A stretch of DNA of 64,000 nucleotides from Diadema antillarum (lineage: Eukaryota), in contig NW_027272004.1 of NCBI RefSeq assembly GCF_040938485.1, forward strand, positions 682,001 to 746,000, read 5' to 3'. The notes beneath the pieces were generated by a model, which saw only the letters and a program-made list of their open reading frames with translations, had not been told where the DNA came from and ran no database searches. Of the stretch, positions 12,866-26,966 are shown piece by piece; position 1 is the first letter of the stretch; each line of letters starts with the position of its first letter. A program made the translations under genes and the position numbers.

Positions 12866-13099
12866 GTTGTTTTACTGATTATAGTGAAAAAATGAAATGA
12901 AATCGATTTACCTACAAGACGAAAATTGCCTTTGACCAGCAAGTTATAGCACTAAAGAGTACGTACAAAAAAAAAAAGATTACGATTCTTGGTATCATGT
13001 ATGATTAATGTAGAAAGATCTCAGAAATAAGAAGAAAACAAAGATATTTTGGAAGTCGATGTAATATTATGTCTAGCTAATTGCTTTTTGATGTTATTT

Positions 13100-13335
13100 A
13101 GTCTTTTTGTCCACGAGGAGACTGCAAAATACAAGCTTAGCTTTTTAGCATGTCTCCTCCATTTCCTGCAACTTTAGTTTCAATTCAATTTTCATTGTTT
13201 ACTTTGCTTTTGTGATGCGTAGTATTGTCAACTTCACGTATTTTTCTTTGTTACTACATTGCATTGATGTTGTGTTATTTTGTGTATGAAAATGTTGTTG
13301 GAAATGAAATAAATGAAATGAAATGAAATGAAATG
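13100..13335 (+). mobile_element. 3' remnant of a CR1/L2-group (Crack-like) LINE
   Basis: Stem GAGGAGAC (13115-22)/GTCTCCTC (13152-59) encloses TACAAGCTTAGCTTT. A T-rich UTR, AATAAA (13308-13) and a (TGAAA)n tail follow. The layout matches the 3' end of the LINE at 53.8 kb. Confidence 0.6.
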
Positions 13336-16300
13336 CAAGACTTCATAGTTCTTCACCTACAAGTGAAACAAGTGAACCACAAAGAATCTTTAATTATTCG
13401 TAGGAGTTTGTAAATCAGCGAGATGGTTTGCACTATATAATCAGTTTAATTGTGATATGCATGTTTTCTATTAAATTCATGCCGGTTTGAGAATTTGTAA
13501 TATAATACGGAAAGATAAAAACAATAGCGCAGCAGCGGCAAGTTGGATACACAGCGATGCATGAATTTAACTTGAAGTTAAATAGAAAGAAAAAGATGGG
13601 ATATTTCTTTGATAAAAAAGTACATGATAAATGCTGAACGTATGGGAGCAAATGCTTTTAATGTCTTGAGCAGAAATACTAATGAAATAAGTGCAATAAG
13701 TTAGCGGCTACATCAGAATTCTTTGTGACATTGGGTGAGATGCTGATTGTTCGCACAAATGTTTACAGGCGTAAGCAAAAAGTGTTTCTTTGTCTAGGAG
13801 GGCTCTGAGATATTCAATGAGACGCAATATCGGCAATCTGCAAATCTATTGAGCGCTTTAATTTCAAGTGCAGGAATGCAATGTACGTCTGAACTCCGAA
13901 CGACATTGCACACATTTTCACATGTGACATAATGCTCAATGTCGCACATCCTTTATACGCAATCCAAGATCACCATATATCCGCGAGGAGACTGGAATGT
14001 TTTCTCTATTACTGTTGGAATCAATCTGTATTTCAGATTGCACCAAATTAGATTAAGAATGATCGACAGCAAGTATGACAAGTCAGCGTTCCTCCGCGCC
14101 TCTTCTCTTTAACATTGCTAGGTGTTAATGGAAATAGAAATACGTCTACGTATTACGCAGTACATGCAAAACCTACCCGATACTATCCCTTTTCTTCCTG
14201 AATAATATTGAAAACATAACATGGGAAAGTGGTTTAGACCTCGAAGAAAACTGTACAAACGAATCTTGAAATGGATTAGTTTACAGAATTTTTAAAGATC
14301 ACTTCACAATGAGGTATATTTGTTGCACTCCAAATGTGCCTATTCAGATTTGGGAGTGCGCCCAACAACATGCTGGTTTTTGTAAAGAAATCCGTTAAAC
14401 AAAAGCGTCCTTGGAACCTATGAAATGCTGCATTATTCCATTTAGGCAATCTTTACGTATTATGATCACTTCTAGAGTCTTTTACTTACAGAATGTGATA
14501 AAGAGTAATACTTTACAAAGATGTATACTCTATTAAAAGAAAGTTCCAGACCAGTTATGATAGTTAGTCTAAAAGGAAGAGTATAAATCTATCACCAGGG
14601 CAGAGAAAATGTGATCAAAATGGGATAAAAAGTAAGGCAGTTATGACATTGTAAAGTTTTACATTTTCCCCCAAAACACGTTTGAGACAGGTGATATGAA
14701 TATGCAAATGTGACCTGATGATTATCAGCATATTAAAAAAAAAAAAATCCATTGATCGTGTTGAAGTCAGTTTTCGGCAGCATAATGACATTCCTATCTG
14801 AATGACCTCGAAATGACGAACGGAAATATACATATATATATATGGATTTTAATGCATAATTGCATTTTGAGGAAAAAAAGTGGATATGCCAAGATTTTCC
14901 GAGCAAAATGCAATGGCAATTTGGGAAGCAATTGGCATCAACAGCTCACTCATTCATGCTCATTTTATTCACACTTATGAACTGTTTTCTTACAGTATTA
15001 AAGCAAAACTTCACAATTGCATAACTGCCCCTCTAATCCAATTTTCATCAGATTTTCACTGCTTAGTTGGTAAAGGTTTACTTTTTCTCAACAGCGGAAC
15101 TTTAACTGATCTTGAATTTCCGTCTAGGAACTTTGTTATAAAAAAGGTGAGAATCTTCATCAGCAGGCCTCACTTGTGCTCAAATAAAATAGGGTGATAT
15201 TTATTTGCATGCAATGTCATTCTGTCAAAGAAGTTTCGGGAATTCACATTAAAGTCGTGCAGTCAAACTTTACTGCCCGAGCATTATCTTGCATGCCGCG
15301 CTGTAAACAGTGAGCTCTTGGAATCAAGTTAGAATATGGACAAAAAGGCACGTGGACTTGAAAAATGGATGGCTGACATTGACACTGTGATGTTTTGTGA
15401 TCAAAATCCTTGCATGAAGTATCCACTCCTTCTCTGAGTCTGCCACTTGGATGTAAAAAGGCTCCTAAATGGTCGTTATGATATCGCCCCTGCACTTTGC
15501 GCGCGGCAAAAGTAAAAGAGCACAGAAAGAATGGCAAACGACACACTTTTGCGCTCGTCGGTCAAAAATGAGACTTTTGTCCTGTTCCCCGCCATAGAGT
15601 GAGTATTGAGGAGTGATGAATATTTCATGGCCGCCATTGAGTTGATTGACTCGTAGTCTGCCGATGGAAATTGCAAATAACTTAGGAATTCAAGTTGTCC
15701 GATGACGCCGGCGATGAGCATAAGCAAACTTCGGGCGCTCTACGAGACTTCGTGAGCGGAGTCACGACGTAGAATTTTTCACACGCCCCCCTTATTTTAT
15801 GTAACAAAAAAGCATCATCAACTGTGTCACCCATTCCCAAAGTCTACAACATTCTTTTATTCACGATTGTGTTTTATAAACGGTATTTGAAGTACTTGCT
15901 GGTCGATCTGTTACGAAATGGTAGCTATTCAGTAGGTGACTTGGTTTTCATGACAATTTAAACTGCTTTTAGTTTTCCTCTTTGGCATGTCTGACCTTGC
16001 CTAAAATAACGAACATAAGCTTTTAATATGGTTTGACGTCTCGGAGTGTCATGAGGACAAGACTAAAAAGTACATTAAAGTGTGTCCTTCAAACTCCATC
16101 TCCTGACATTTTTGCAATAATGTCTTGTTTGCATATCAATTTTAATGGGAAGGGAATATTTGTTTCCAAACGGGAGACGCCATTGTCTGTTGTCTGGTGA
16201 GGAAAGGACACGCATGCCCTAAGAATGATTCCCCTGCACTTTAGAGTGTTAACACGTTCATAAGATCGTTGCTATTCGGCGGGGAAGAGATAGGCCGGCT

Positions 16301-19300
16301 CGATCCGAAGGCGTGACACAACTCGGCGAGTCGACTCCCAGCCCACGTAGCTGCCCTTTCTTCCACCTTCGAACACATCAACATACTGTCTTCAAAAGAC
16401 TGACACATTCTCATCCCTCCCTCCTTCTCTCACACTCTTAAGTAGATTACATATTGATATGCAATAATGAAAAATAAGAACTCTTCAGCCTCATAATCGC
16501 ATTACTGTAGATGGTATTGCACACTAGGGAGATACAGCATGCTGGTCTTTAAATATCACCACCCCCGCCACTAAAAATCTAATGAGTGAACAACTTGGAT
16601 GTATTTTATGAACTGAGAGTCCTGTGAGGCAATACTTCAAAACGAATATGTTTTGTATCATTTCCTTTAGTCATAAATAGCTCAAAGATGTCTTACAACA
16701 GGTGCATTACCGGAAACATCAATGTACCATAATTTTGATAGAACGTGAAATAATTCAGGACCACGATGCTCGCCTGTTCGGGCAGAGTAAAATGTTTTTA
16801 CTGAAAAACAAAATGCATGATTGAAGTCACATTACAAAGTTCAAAATCAAAACATATCCTTACCTTCTTTCATGGTTGCATGTATTACAAACGTACACAC
16901 CATATTAATTTCTCGATTTGGCAAAAGCATTTTAATTGCTTTAAATAATCAAAGTATCTTACAATAACCACGCAAGAAAAAGCCACACCATAGCTGCAAA
17001 CTGAAATCATTATTAATGTAATTTCTAGCCATGATCTCAACCTGCACATCACTAAGAAGGCTAACAATAAAGTAAATTGGTTCAGAAGTGCTGGTGTATA
17101 TAATAAAAGTTTTCGTTATGCGCAGTTTACGATTATGTCCTGGTCTCCACTCCTTTCATATCTTCACAAGATAGCCATTTAAGACAGAGCTCTTAGTGGG
17201 TTCGGTCAATACATTCTTCACACGGTGTCGGCTCGGCATACACTGAACACTTCGGTTTTGTGTTTGCCCTTCTCGCTTTCTCCCTCTATCGAAAAAAAAA
17301 GAGAAGACAAAATTAATGGCGACATCTCAACACCTTTCGGGAGGTTTTTTTTCGGCCGAGACCATTTTTTTAAAGTCTTGATTGCTTTAAATGTTGATGA
17401 GATCTCTGGTATGTCTGATAAACTACTTTGTACTCTTTAAACTTAATGAACAAAAGAAATGCAAATTACCCAACACTCTGTTATTGTCATAAATTGGATA
17501 AAATGAATGTGTTAAGCACATGACTACTGGTATCCTCACTAAGCTGCATATCAGCGTTCAAGCTTTGTTACCATCGTAGACAAGTGCTTCCAATATCCTA
17601 CCTGCACTGTATTTTTTATTAATTGCATTTCAAAATGAGAGTGATTACCTGGGCATGACATGGATGGTTGGTTTGAAAGAAACGTATAATCCCCTTTAAG
17701 GAGGCTTGGACTCGAGAGACCGTGATGTTATGTGTGGTCGGTCACGGGCAATATAAGGTATGTTATAAGAGACGCCATTAAAACGTCGCATACAACCTGT
17801 CGCTTAATTCTATGGAGGATTCAAAGCGGACGAAATTGCCAATGTGTCGCCTAGGGCCATTGTGGCGCTTTACCTGAGTTCCTGCGGGACGGTGAAAGTC
17901 TCTTTCGCCAGGGTATATGACGTTCTTTAACTCTGCCAACTCATCATCTAACTAACTCCTGGTGTATAGTGAGAGGACGCGCAGGTGGCGCCGGGCTGCT
18001 AACAACCCGTTATGAACTCTCGCGATATTATTCCGTGTGGGAAGCGCATTTTGGCGGAAATTGAAATTAGTTATACGTGGTTTCAGGCAAATGGGATATT
18101 ATTACTCCACTTGTAACAAACATCGCAGACGGCCGTGCGGGTGGGAAGGCGGAGTGGGCAATGAACCAGTGACGTCACAAGTGGTGGTTACCTCTCTTTC
18201 CCACGGACTATCCCACGAAAATCGAGGAGCGCTCCGTGTAATGGCCTCTGGCTAACCAAAGATCGAATCATGCGGTCTAAAATCTTGATCTTAATTCTGA
18301 AACATGCCGTGTCGGTAACACGCAGGATCCCCGAATTACTAAAATGGATCAACTTTGGGAATTCGTGTTTCTGTGGCGGAATCCCAATACACGTACACTC
18401 ACAGAGAATGACATAATGAGCTAATAGAGAAATAAGCGTGGTTCTAAGTCAGTTTTCCTGGTCACGTACTTTGATGCTATACATTCGTCGGCAAAATAGG
18501 GACTTATTTTATGATATTTGTGTATTCGGTGCTTTATTTTGTTGTTTTCTTGGCATTTTAGAATTATTTGGATCTGAATTTTACTATAATCGTTTCCCAT
18601 AGGTCTGTAATCGGACTTTAATATATAACTACTATTTAATGAGAGGGACAAAAAAAAATCCATTCCATGCCTCTTGTTGATAAAGTAATAAGATTCGATA
18701 TGACTCCTGATTTGATTGCAGTATATATTTATTACAGACCTTTTACAAGTAGATAGAAAGCATTTTTTTTTTCTGATTTCTAGCATATGTGTTTATTGCT
18801 TTGTATAACATTCTCATGCATAATTTTGATTATTATTGACAATTTCGGCAGTTTATTTATTCATTGTCTATGTTTAAATGATTATTGTATAATTCATTGG
18901 AGCTCAATGTTCAGTTGAAAGAAAATCTTCTAAGGAAAGAGGAACGTATTTCATTACACATCTAATTTCAAAGTTTTCTTTCAGATGTACACAAGGATGA
19001 TTACTAGGATTTTGTCTCACACTGCTCTACATCTGAAAATCGCAATTATATCCGTGTCATCGAGTTATCCTAATAAGCCAAGATAACAGGCAACTCTACC
19101 CAGATCGCAAGTAATCCAGAGCCCGTGGGTTCCGTGGAATTCCATCAAAATTGTTGTATTCATTTAAAAAAGAGATGTTCGGCTAACCATCTCTTCCAGG
19201 AGAAGCTCCGCAAGCGAGCTCTCTACTTAGCTGCGACCGCCCGTAGCTCCTCAAATTCAATTACGAATCTTTAAGTACTTCTTATAATGCCGCCTCGCTG

Positions 19301-20802
19301 GTTTGGTAACAAGTGGTAGTCTTCCTACCCATCAGCTTCTTTTTTTTTTCAAGGGACTTTTATCCTTTTTTTCCCTTCCCCTCTCTCTATCCTGATGCGC
19401 CACAATTAAAAGAAAATGCCCAGTAGAAATCTGCGGGCATGACACATTGCCCGGATTGCTCCTTAACCGACAAAACAGCTATTTGAGATGGCGTATTGCA
19501 CGAAACCTATCGTCGTGACCAGTGGCATCATTACTGATATGTTCTTCTTTGTGTGGTGACGATTTTGCTTTTGTCAGCCTTGTTTTTCCCCATTCTAGAA
19601 TTGTCTCTAGCTCCGCAGATGACTTGATGAATATCGCCAATGCACAAATGCCTCACAAGCACATTAGTCGGCTTATCCCCCGCGTTATAGTGCTTCAATT
19701 CTTCAAAGCCTCGAATGGATTTAAAGAAATAATTTCCTATCAACATTCCTATCTTTTATGTGAGGAACTGTGTTTAATTATTGATTGTCAGTAGAATAAG
19801 GGTAGTTTTTCTTGGAAGAATTCTCCTCCCCCCCCCAAAAAAAAAAAAAAAAAAAATCGAACTCATCTTTGGAAATTGACTGAAGACTCGCGCGACTTTC
19901 TCTCTCTAGTTTACGATATTATCGATTTGAATTGGCTCTCAACCTGACCGCACAAATGAAGTTATCGATCGCAACCCGTTGAATTAGCCGAGAAAATGAC
20001 AAGACTGTGCAAGCGCTTGTAGTCTGTTCACCCGGGGCGTGGGGAAAAGGTGAGATAGAAGATTGGATTATTTGCAGAAATCTACAAAAAACACGGTGAG
20101 CAGAGGTAAGAGCACAAGCAAATCAGCATATCATAAAAAACCACACTCCAGCTGATAATCAGCTGATTAACTTGTCTGATTTGTATTCATAGCAAATACA
20201 TGGGGAGAGGGATTCTATCTATCAATTTGTGAGTCCTCTGACAATGTTTTCAAGTCGAGATTTTCTACACGTATATACGTGAACGAAAAAAAAAGCAAAG
20301 ATTATTCTCAGGTCAGTGCTACAGGTCACTTTTATTTAGATTTTCCCGCATTTCCACAATGCCTACCTCCAAGGGAAATAATGAGGCAAGGCCATGCTTG
20401 AATCGGGGAGATGGCAAGCTTCTTTTTAACAATAAGATGGAACAATCAATTGTCGGGTAACGTGACTATTTCCCCCGAGTGAGAGACACTCGCAGGGTAT
20501 CACTTTCGCTCCTAACCGTGTGGTTCGTGGACGGGATTATATCCATGACACTCGACAATCTGGCGTATAGCGGGGTGATGTTTGGTTGGAGAAAAGATGA
20601 CTGCTGTGTCGATGAAAGGGCCATATTGTCAAAACGACTTACGCGATCTGATACGCCATATTTCATTTCGAGCTGTGGGAAGAACCCATGAGAATTCTCA
20701 CGTTGCTTTCCCCTCGGGAGTCACAGGGTAACAAAAGAAACAAAAATGCACCTTTACATGGTGCGCATAAAGAATGTGTCGTCCGTCTCCAGCAATATTG
20801 TG

Positions 20803-20883
20803 TGTGTATGTGTGTGTGTGTGGTATCTGGGTGTATGTACGTGTGCATGTGTGTGTTGTGTTGTGTGTGTGTGTGTGTGTGTG
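20803..20883. repeat. Compound (GT)n/(GTAT) microsatellite
   Basis: Seen directly; it generates the spurious HT/CV-rich ORFs at 20663-20940. Confidence 0.9.
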
Positions 20884-23800
20884 CATATTTGGCATTGTTT
20901 CCGTAGCACTCTTTCTTCAGTGACTGTCATCCTAGTATAGTAATGACAAAGATGAATTCTCCGAGGTCTACTCTGAATGAAATTATCTTGCAGACTTTAA
21001 AACTTCAAAAATCCTGTTGATCAGAGGCAATGTTACACAATATAGCACTAGAAAGGAGTTCTCCACGTTGGTGGCAACCTAGTGTAGATGTGACAGCTCA
21101 GAGGTATAGCGGAAAATGAAGGAAAAAATATCTGTGATTTGATATCACTTAAACACTTTTTGACCTTTACACGAGCTTCTGATTGTAATCTCTATGTGGT
21201 ATTTTGTTATGTTTTTAGGTTTCCTTACCGCCTGTTGGAAATTTGTATGTAGTTCGATTTATTGTCATATTCAATGAAGAGAGAGAAAGTTTCCCTGCAT
21301 TTATGGTGATTTGGAAAAATTCAACTTGAGTTTGAGGGGATGGTATGGTTCTGGTTTAGATGGGGATCCAGATTATAAATTTTTGCGAGATAATACCAAA
21401 CCACTTATTTGAAATGATAAAAAAAAACCACAAATACAATTTTTGGACTGAGATGTACAAAAACAAAGATGTCCTAATAAAAGGTGGGCAAGACCACCTT
21501 TTATTTCAACCACTTTCGTTTACTCTATTTTGGATTTTCTTCAAGTAAACTGTTAATTCCTCATAGATAGGATATTATCCTGATGATAATATTTCAAATA
21601 AGTGGTTTCTAATCATCTTAAAAATTATTTGACATCTGAATCCCCGTTTCAACAAATTCGTACCATCCCTTTAAACATTAATTGCACAATAACTGCGGTG
21701 ATTTCTTTAAAGGGTTCAAACGGAGCGTGTGTGTGTGTGTGTGTGTGTGTGAGTTTGTCCGGATGTTATGTTGGTGGGGTCTCGATCCATGCGTGTTGTT
21801 CTCATTATAGTTGTATTTAGCGAACTGTTCAAATCAGAATTGTGTAGAACAGAACCCACATGTGCACATGTGCAGGAATTAAGTTGAATAATCTAATGAG
21901 TTGAATAATGTATTTTTTGTCAATGGTGTGTACTTGTCATTTAGTTATATTGTTCTATTTCCTTCTGTATCATGTATGTTTGTAAATTTGGAGACTGTTA
22001 AGATAATTTTCATGCCTGAGTATATGAAAATAATTGATTTGAATTGAATTGAATTGAATTAAATTAAATTTAAAACCATTAAGTGTTTAACATTACCGTT
22101 TTTCAATCACAGAAATTAAATCTCTTTCCAGAATCCCAGAAAAGAATATCCAATGTGTGATTGAAACTTCCGGAGTTCTTATACATATATATTTATGCCT
22201 GTGATTCAATGCGTCGCTGATTGTGTTTAAGAACATGTATCACTTTCTTTTTTATAATTACTTAATCTATGGTAAAGTCTTAGATGGAAGTGTTGTTAAC
22301 ACGCGTGGAAAGTATTCAGATTTCATTTCACGAGATGTGGGCAATGGTATTCCAGTGATCAAATTTGATGAAGCGGTTCGCTTTCACTTCACTGCTTTTC
22401 TCTACTTGCAAATTTTCCAGCGCAATCCAGCGCTTCTAAATTTGCTAAAGGAATACAGGATTTACAGCTTCGATATTTCAGCTGGTTTGGAGTTCGTAGA
22501 GGTGGATTTGTGTCGCTCGAAGTGATGAAAAGAATCAAATGCTCTCCTCCTCTCTTGGCTCTCGCTATGCAAAGATCTTTGGCCTCGTCAACAGGCGATT
22601 TGGACGGCTGTTTCGCGGAATAAATGCACATTTTAACCCAAGGCTACGAGAGCGAGTCACTTATACTTACTAGCAGACGACTGATGCCGAATGATAGACG
22701 ATATATCGATCGATACCATGTCGACAGGGCTAAGCGTTTAGAGGATCTGTGAAAGAAACAATGTCGCCTGCCTCTCCCCAGCCGAAGGGGAAAGGTGTTG
22801 AAGCAGGTTGCTTTCATTCAGGCGTTGTAATTGATCCATCTTGACTGTTAAAGGTATTATTTCTTACAGCGAAAGTATCCAGACAATTTTGTCAGTGAAA
22901 TGCAATTGACATTAATACGTATATGAGTAGTCATAAAACGGTCATACCTTTATGGTTTTCATAATAGGAAATTCATATACACTCATATGTTTAGAATGCA
23001 TTGTTACTTAATTTTGATCATGTTTATTGGAGAGGTCTGTCACAGCCTATAATAATCGAAACTTAAGAAGTAAGAAAGGCTGTGAAGGGAAGAGATAATT
23101 TAATAGAGTGATTTACAGTTGGTTGGCAATGAAGTTGATTGCTCCACTGAATGCAGGACATGAGTGAGTAATGGTTGCCATATCATTTTACGTTTGCATA
23201 GATAACAATCAATCAAACAATAAATCAGGAAACCCCGTAGTGTAAATCTGTAATATGGCACGATGTTTTGCCGATATCACTTGTGGGCTCAAATAGCATT
23301 ACACGCAATACATGATAACATGAGTACAGTTGATAAACAGAATTATAAAATGGGTTCAAGAATGTAGCCAATTGGAAGCGCTGAATTGAGTCACGTGTGC
23401 GTGCATTAATTTCTCACTAACATGCACGGCCTGACGTCACAATGTTTACACTAGCAGTGCGCCCTCAATTAGTTGTTACAAATGCGTCGCGCGCTACTAT
23501 ACGCGCTGTCAAACCTGTAAACAACTTCTAGTTCGGGCTGCTGCCAGCCGGCCTTTCTTGTGCATACATGTGGCGTACGTATACTCTTATACGTACACAT
23601 CTCACAGTACTTATATGTGCGGGATTTCCGAGTGCGAAGTGCGTAATATGTTTGGGACGAACGTCTTCGGACATCTTGACTTTTTGACTTGAGCGAGTGC
23701 TGCATGTAGCTGACTGGTATTGACCCACAAAGGTACGTGAAAAATGCTGTTAGTTTTCGACCCATTTTATAAAACAAATGATGCACAGGATTATTTCGTG

Positions 23801-25296
23801 GCGTTTGTGGAGATGCAGCTCACACTCGGGTATTTACAATGTAGTGCAACATGCACTCGGCTTCGCCTCGGGCATGTTTCACAATTGTAAATACCCTCGA
23901 GTGCGCTACATCTCCACTAACGCACTCTATCCTGTGCATCATTTATATAGTATAGATTCTTCTTTGTTCGTCACTTGCCATCAGCCGCTCCTATAACGCA
24001 AGCAAGGACATGCGTTGCCGTGATCATGACGATGGTGCATGCTAAATGAAAGCTATACTCAAGGAAATCAGCAAGGCTTTCCAGAATTAGCCTGTCACTT
24101 TCAAACGAGCACTTGGTATTCTCGAGCAACCAGCAAAATCACATTCATTGAATGCCAATCGGAGCCGGGGCAATAAAGTACACACATGGTGGAGCGAGAA
24201 CGAACCAGTCACCGAGACGATTGACTCCGGGACTTCTTGAGTAATAATGCTGACATTTCAGGCCAAATTCGACAGCATGAGAAGACAGACAGGGATGCTG
24301 GAACGAGGAACAGGTGAAATTCCCCAACAATCTCTACCAACAGTCGTCACAGTCAACGCGCATTAAAATCCCACTTCAGGCATCCAATGCTGGATCTGAG
24401 GTATTTTCACAAGAAAAGAATAAAAAGAAAATCAGACAAGCGTACCTCTTGATCGAATGTACTTGCACTTTTTGACAAATAGACATGCACCGACGTCTTT
24501 TGAAATTCCAGTCATCTAGGAATAAGCAGGCATAATCGGTATTAGTTCCTGGTAAATCTAAAATGCAAGGGCTGAAATACATCAAATAAGAACCGTCAAT
24601 TCTGTCACTCTTCATTCCGCGGCTGGCGAATTGCTTTTTTTTTCCTTTCCTGTTTGGAATCTGGAACGTGAAATGATGCTTGCCGCTTGTCAGACGACAA
24701 GACACGTGGGAAGGAAAACACTTACCATGCAGCGCCAACTCCGACGACTCAACTACATCTGAATTATCTCTACCGTGTTGGTTTCGAAGATTTCGAAGTG
24801 TTTCATCTCATTGAAGCGTCTTTCTTCCGTTCATCGTGACATCTCGATTAAACCGAATGACTCTTTGAGATATATGAATACGAAGTGGAGAACATCACTA
24901 TTCATGTAGTATAAGTATTTCAGTTTGAAGTGACAATTTTTAATAATCTTCTATCTAGTCTCATTGTAAGTCGTCATTGCCTTTATTATATACTGCAATC
25001 TAAATCATAATCATAATTACAACCAAACGGGTCTGTCAATAAGTGTCAGAAAGATCAGCGGAAACCATGTAGTAACAGTTTATAATTATAGCAATATCAC
25101 AGCGTCATTTCCGAGTTACCAATTTTTATATGATAACGATTTAACCACCGGGCAAGATTCGAAGCGGGACCTCCTTTGTTCTGATGATAAAGATTCCTAT
25201 CCGCCATCATATCAGGGTTTACCCTTATTTCACTTTGACAAAGAGAATCCGAGTTAAGAATAATAGGGGAAAGAACACAAATGATGTAAAGAATCG

Positions 25297-25608
25297 GGGT
25301 CATCCCGCTAAACCGACACCCACGAGTCATACAGCCCACGAGTTCGACATTGAAAACAGGCCTATGATTCATACAGCTCACGAGTCATACAGCCCATGAG
25401 TTCGACACTAAGTAAATAAAGCCCATGAGTTCCACACTAGGTAAAAAGCCCACAAGTTCGACAAATATCTCATGGCCCTTGTTAGCTTAGTGTCGAACTA
25501 ATGGGCTGTATGACTCGTGAGCTGTAGAGCTCATGGGCTTTATGACTTGTGAGCTGTATGACTCGTGGGTTGTATGACTCGTGGATGTCGGTCTCGTGAC
25601 GTGCACCC
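25297..25608. mobile_element. Foldback-type MITE, copy 1 (GAGTCATACAGCCCAC/GAGTTCGACAC subrepeats)
   Basis: GGGTCATCCCGCTAAACCGACACCCACGAGTC...GACTCGTGGATGTCGGTCTCGTGACGTGCACCC; the tandem subunits of the left half are inverted in the right half. Confidence 0.85.
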
Positions 25609-25757
25609 ACTGAGTTTCCTCAAAACTGTCAGTTTAGGAAGGACATCGCAATGAACAACGTAGACGGCCGTCTGGCGTCCTCGCTCATATCATCCTTAAC
25701 GATGACATTTTTTTTTCAATTTTGAGCAGACAAATAACCATAACATGAAGAGAAACG

Positions 25758-26017
25758 GGGTCATTCCACAAGACCGACACTCATGAGTCATACAGCCCAC
25801 GACTCCTACAGCCCACGAGTTCGACACTAGGCAAATAAAGCCCATGAGACCAACACTGGGTAAAAACAACCCACGAGTTCGACAGATACAACACAGAGTT
25901 TACGCCGGTCTCGTGGGCTTTGTTTGCTTAGTGTTCAACTCATGGGCTATATGACTGGTGGGCTGTATAACTCGTAGGCTGTATGACTCGTGGGTGTCGG
26001 TCTCGTGACTTGCACCC
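25758..26017. mobile_element. Foldback-type MITE, copy 2, with a 9-bp target-site duplication
   Basis: AGAGAAACG|GGGTCATTCCACAAGACCGACAC...GTGTCGGTCTCGTGACTTGCACCC|AGAGAAACG (TSD at 25749-25757 and 26018-26026). Confidence 0.9.
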
Positions 26018-26966
26018 AGAGAAACGACCCCTCAATTAACACATAAATGGGCAAACAACACTGAACATCCCAAAATGTCAACAACATTCACCAACCAGCC
26101 TGCCAACGAAAACTAAAAAAACACACACACAAACACACGCACACACATTAAGGTACCGAAACCTCTTATTACGTACGAAATCATACTGCTGAAATGTCGA
26201 ATGTATTTCTCTACATGTTTGCTAGTTTGCTTTAATATTAGGTTTTATTTTACGTGTACTTTTGAGTTTGCTGAAATGGCTGTCGTGAGTGCTTTAATTT
26301 GATAAAGATTTTAAATCACACTATAGGACCACAATATTTGAAGTAATTTGATAGAATGAATGAATTAAGTTACGAGCACCAAACATGAGAAGTAAGAGAA
26401 TACTTTATGCAATGACAGACCTGACGACTGTCAATCCACCCTGATTAATCTTCAAGCATTATAAAGGCAAAAATACATCTTGTGGTTTCACAATTAAAGT
26501 ACATCACTAATTGATTAATGAAAAGGGAGAGAAAAAAGGAATTGAGAAGATGATTAATAGAATGAAAAAATTTCCATGGTTCTTGTTTCTCCAAGTGTAA
26601 TGATAATACAAGAAATACAGCAACTACAAACAATTTAATGGCACATATATCAACTGCATAAGTAAGTACATGATAAGTGTACAATATGAGACGATAGTGT
26701 TTGCTTAAGTCCTTAAACGTGTAAGTGCGTCTGAAAGTTTTAAGTGCATGTATTTTCTCACCTGCATTAACGCAATCTGTTTTGATGTCATAGGTTTTCC
26801 TGCCCAAATTTGATAAATACTTCATCTGACTTTGGTAACAAGCACTCATGGTCGGGCAATTCTCCTTGGAATACTCGCCTTTTCACGTAGTTCAAACTAG
26901 CTTGTAAAAACCTTTAAGTTTTATGTTTTAAAAAAGTAATCATTTTCGAAATCACGTCATTTAAAT

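Noticed and set aside
20466-20666. ORF containing NM...ARL.S, vaguely like the start of SS2 exon 2
   Set aside because: No AG acceptor before the NM codons, no cysteines and no peptide motif at the C-terminus.
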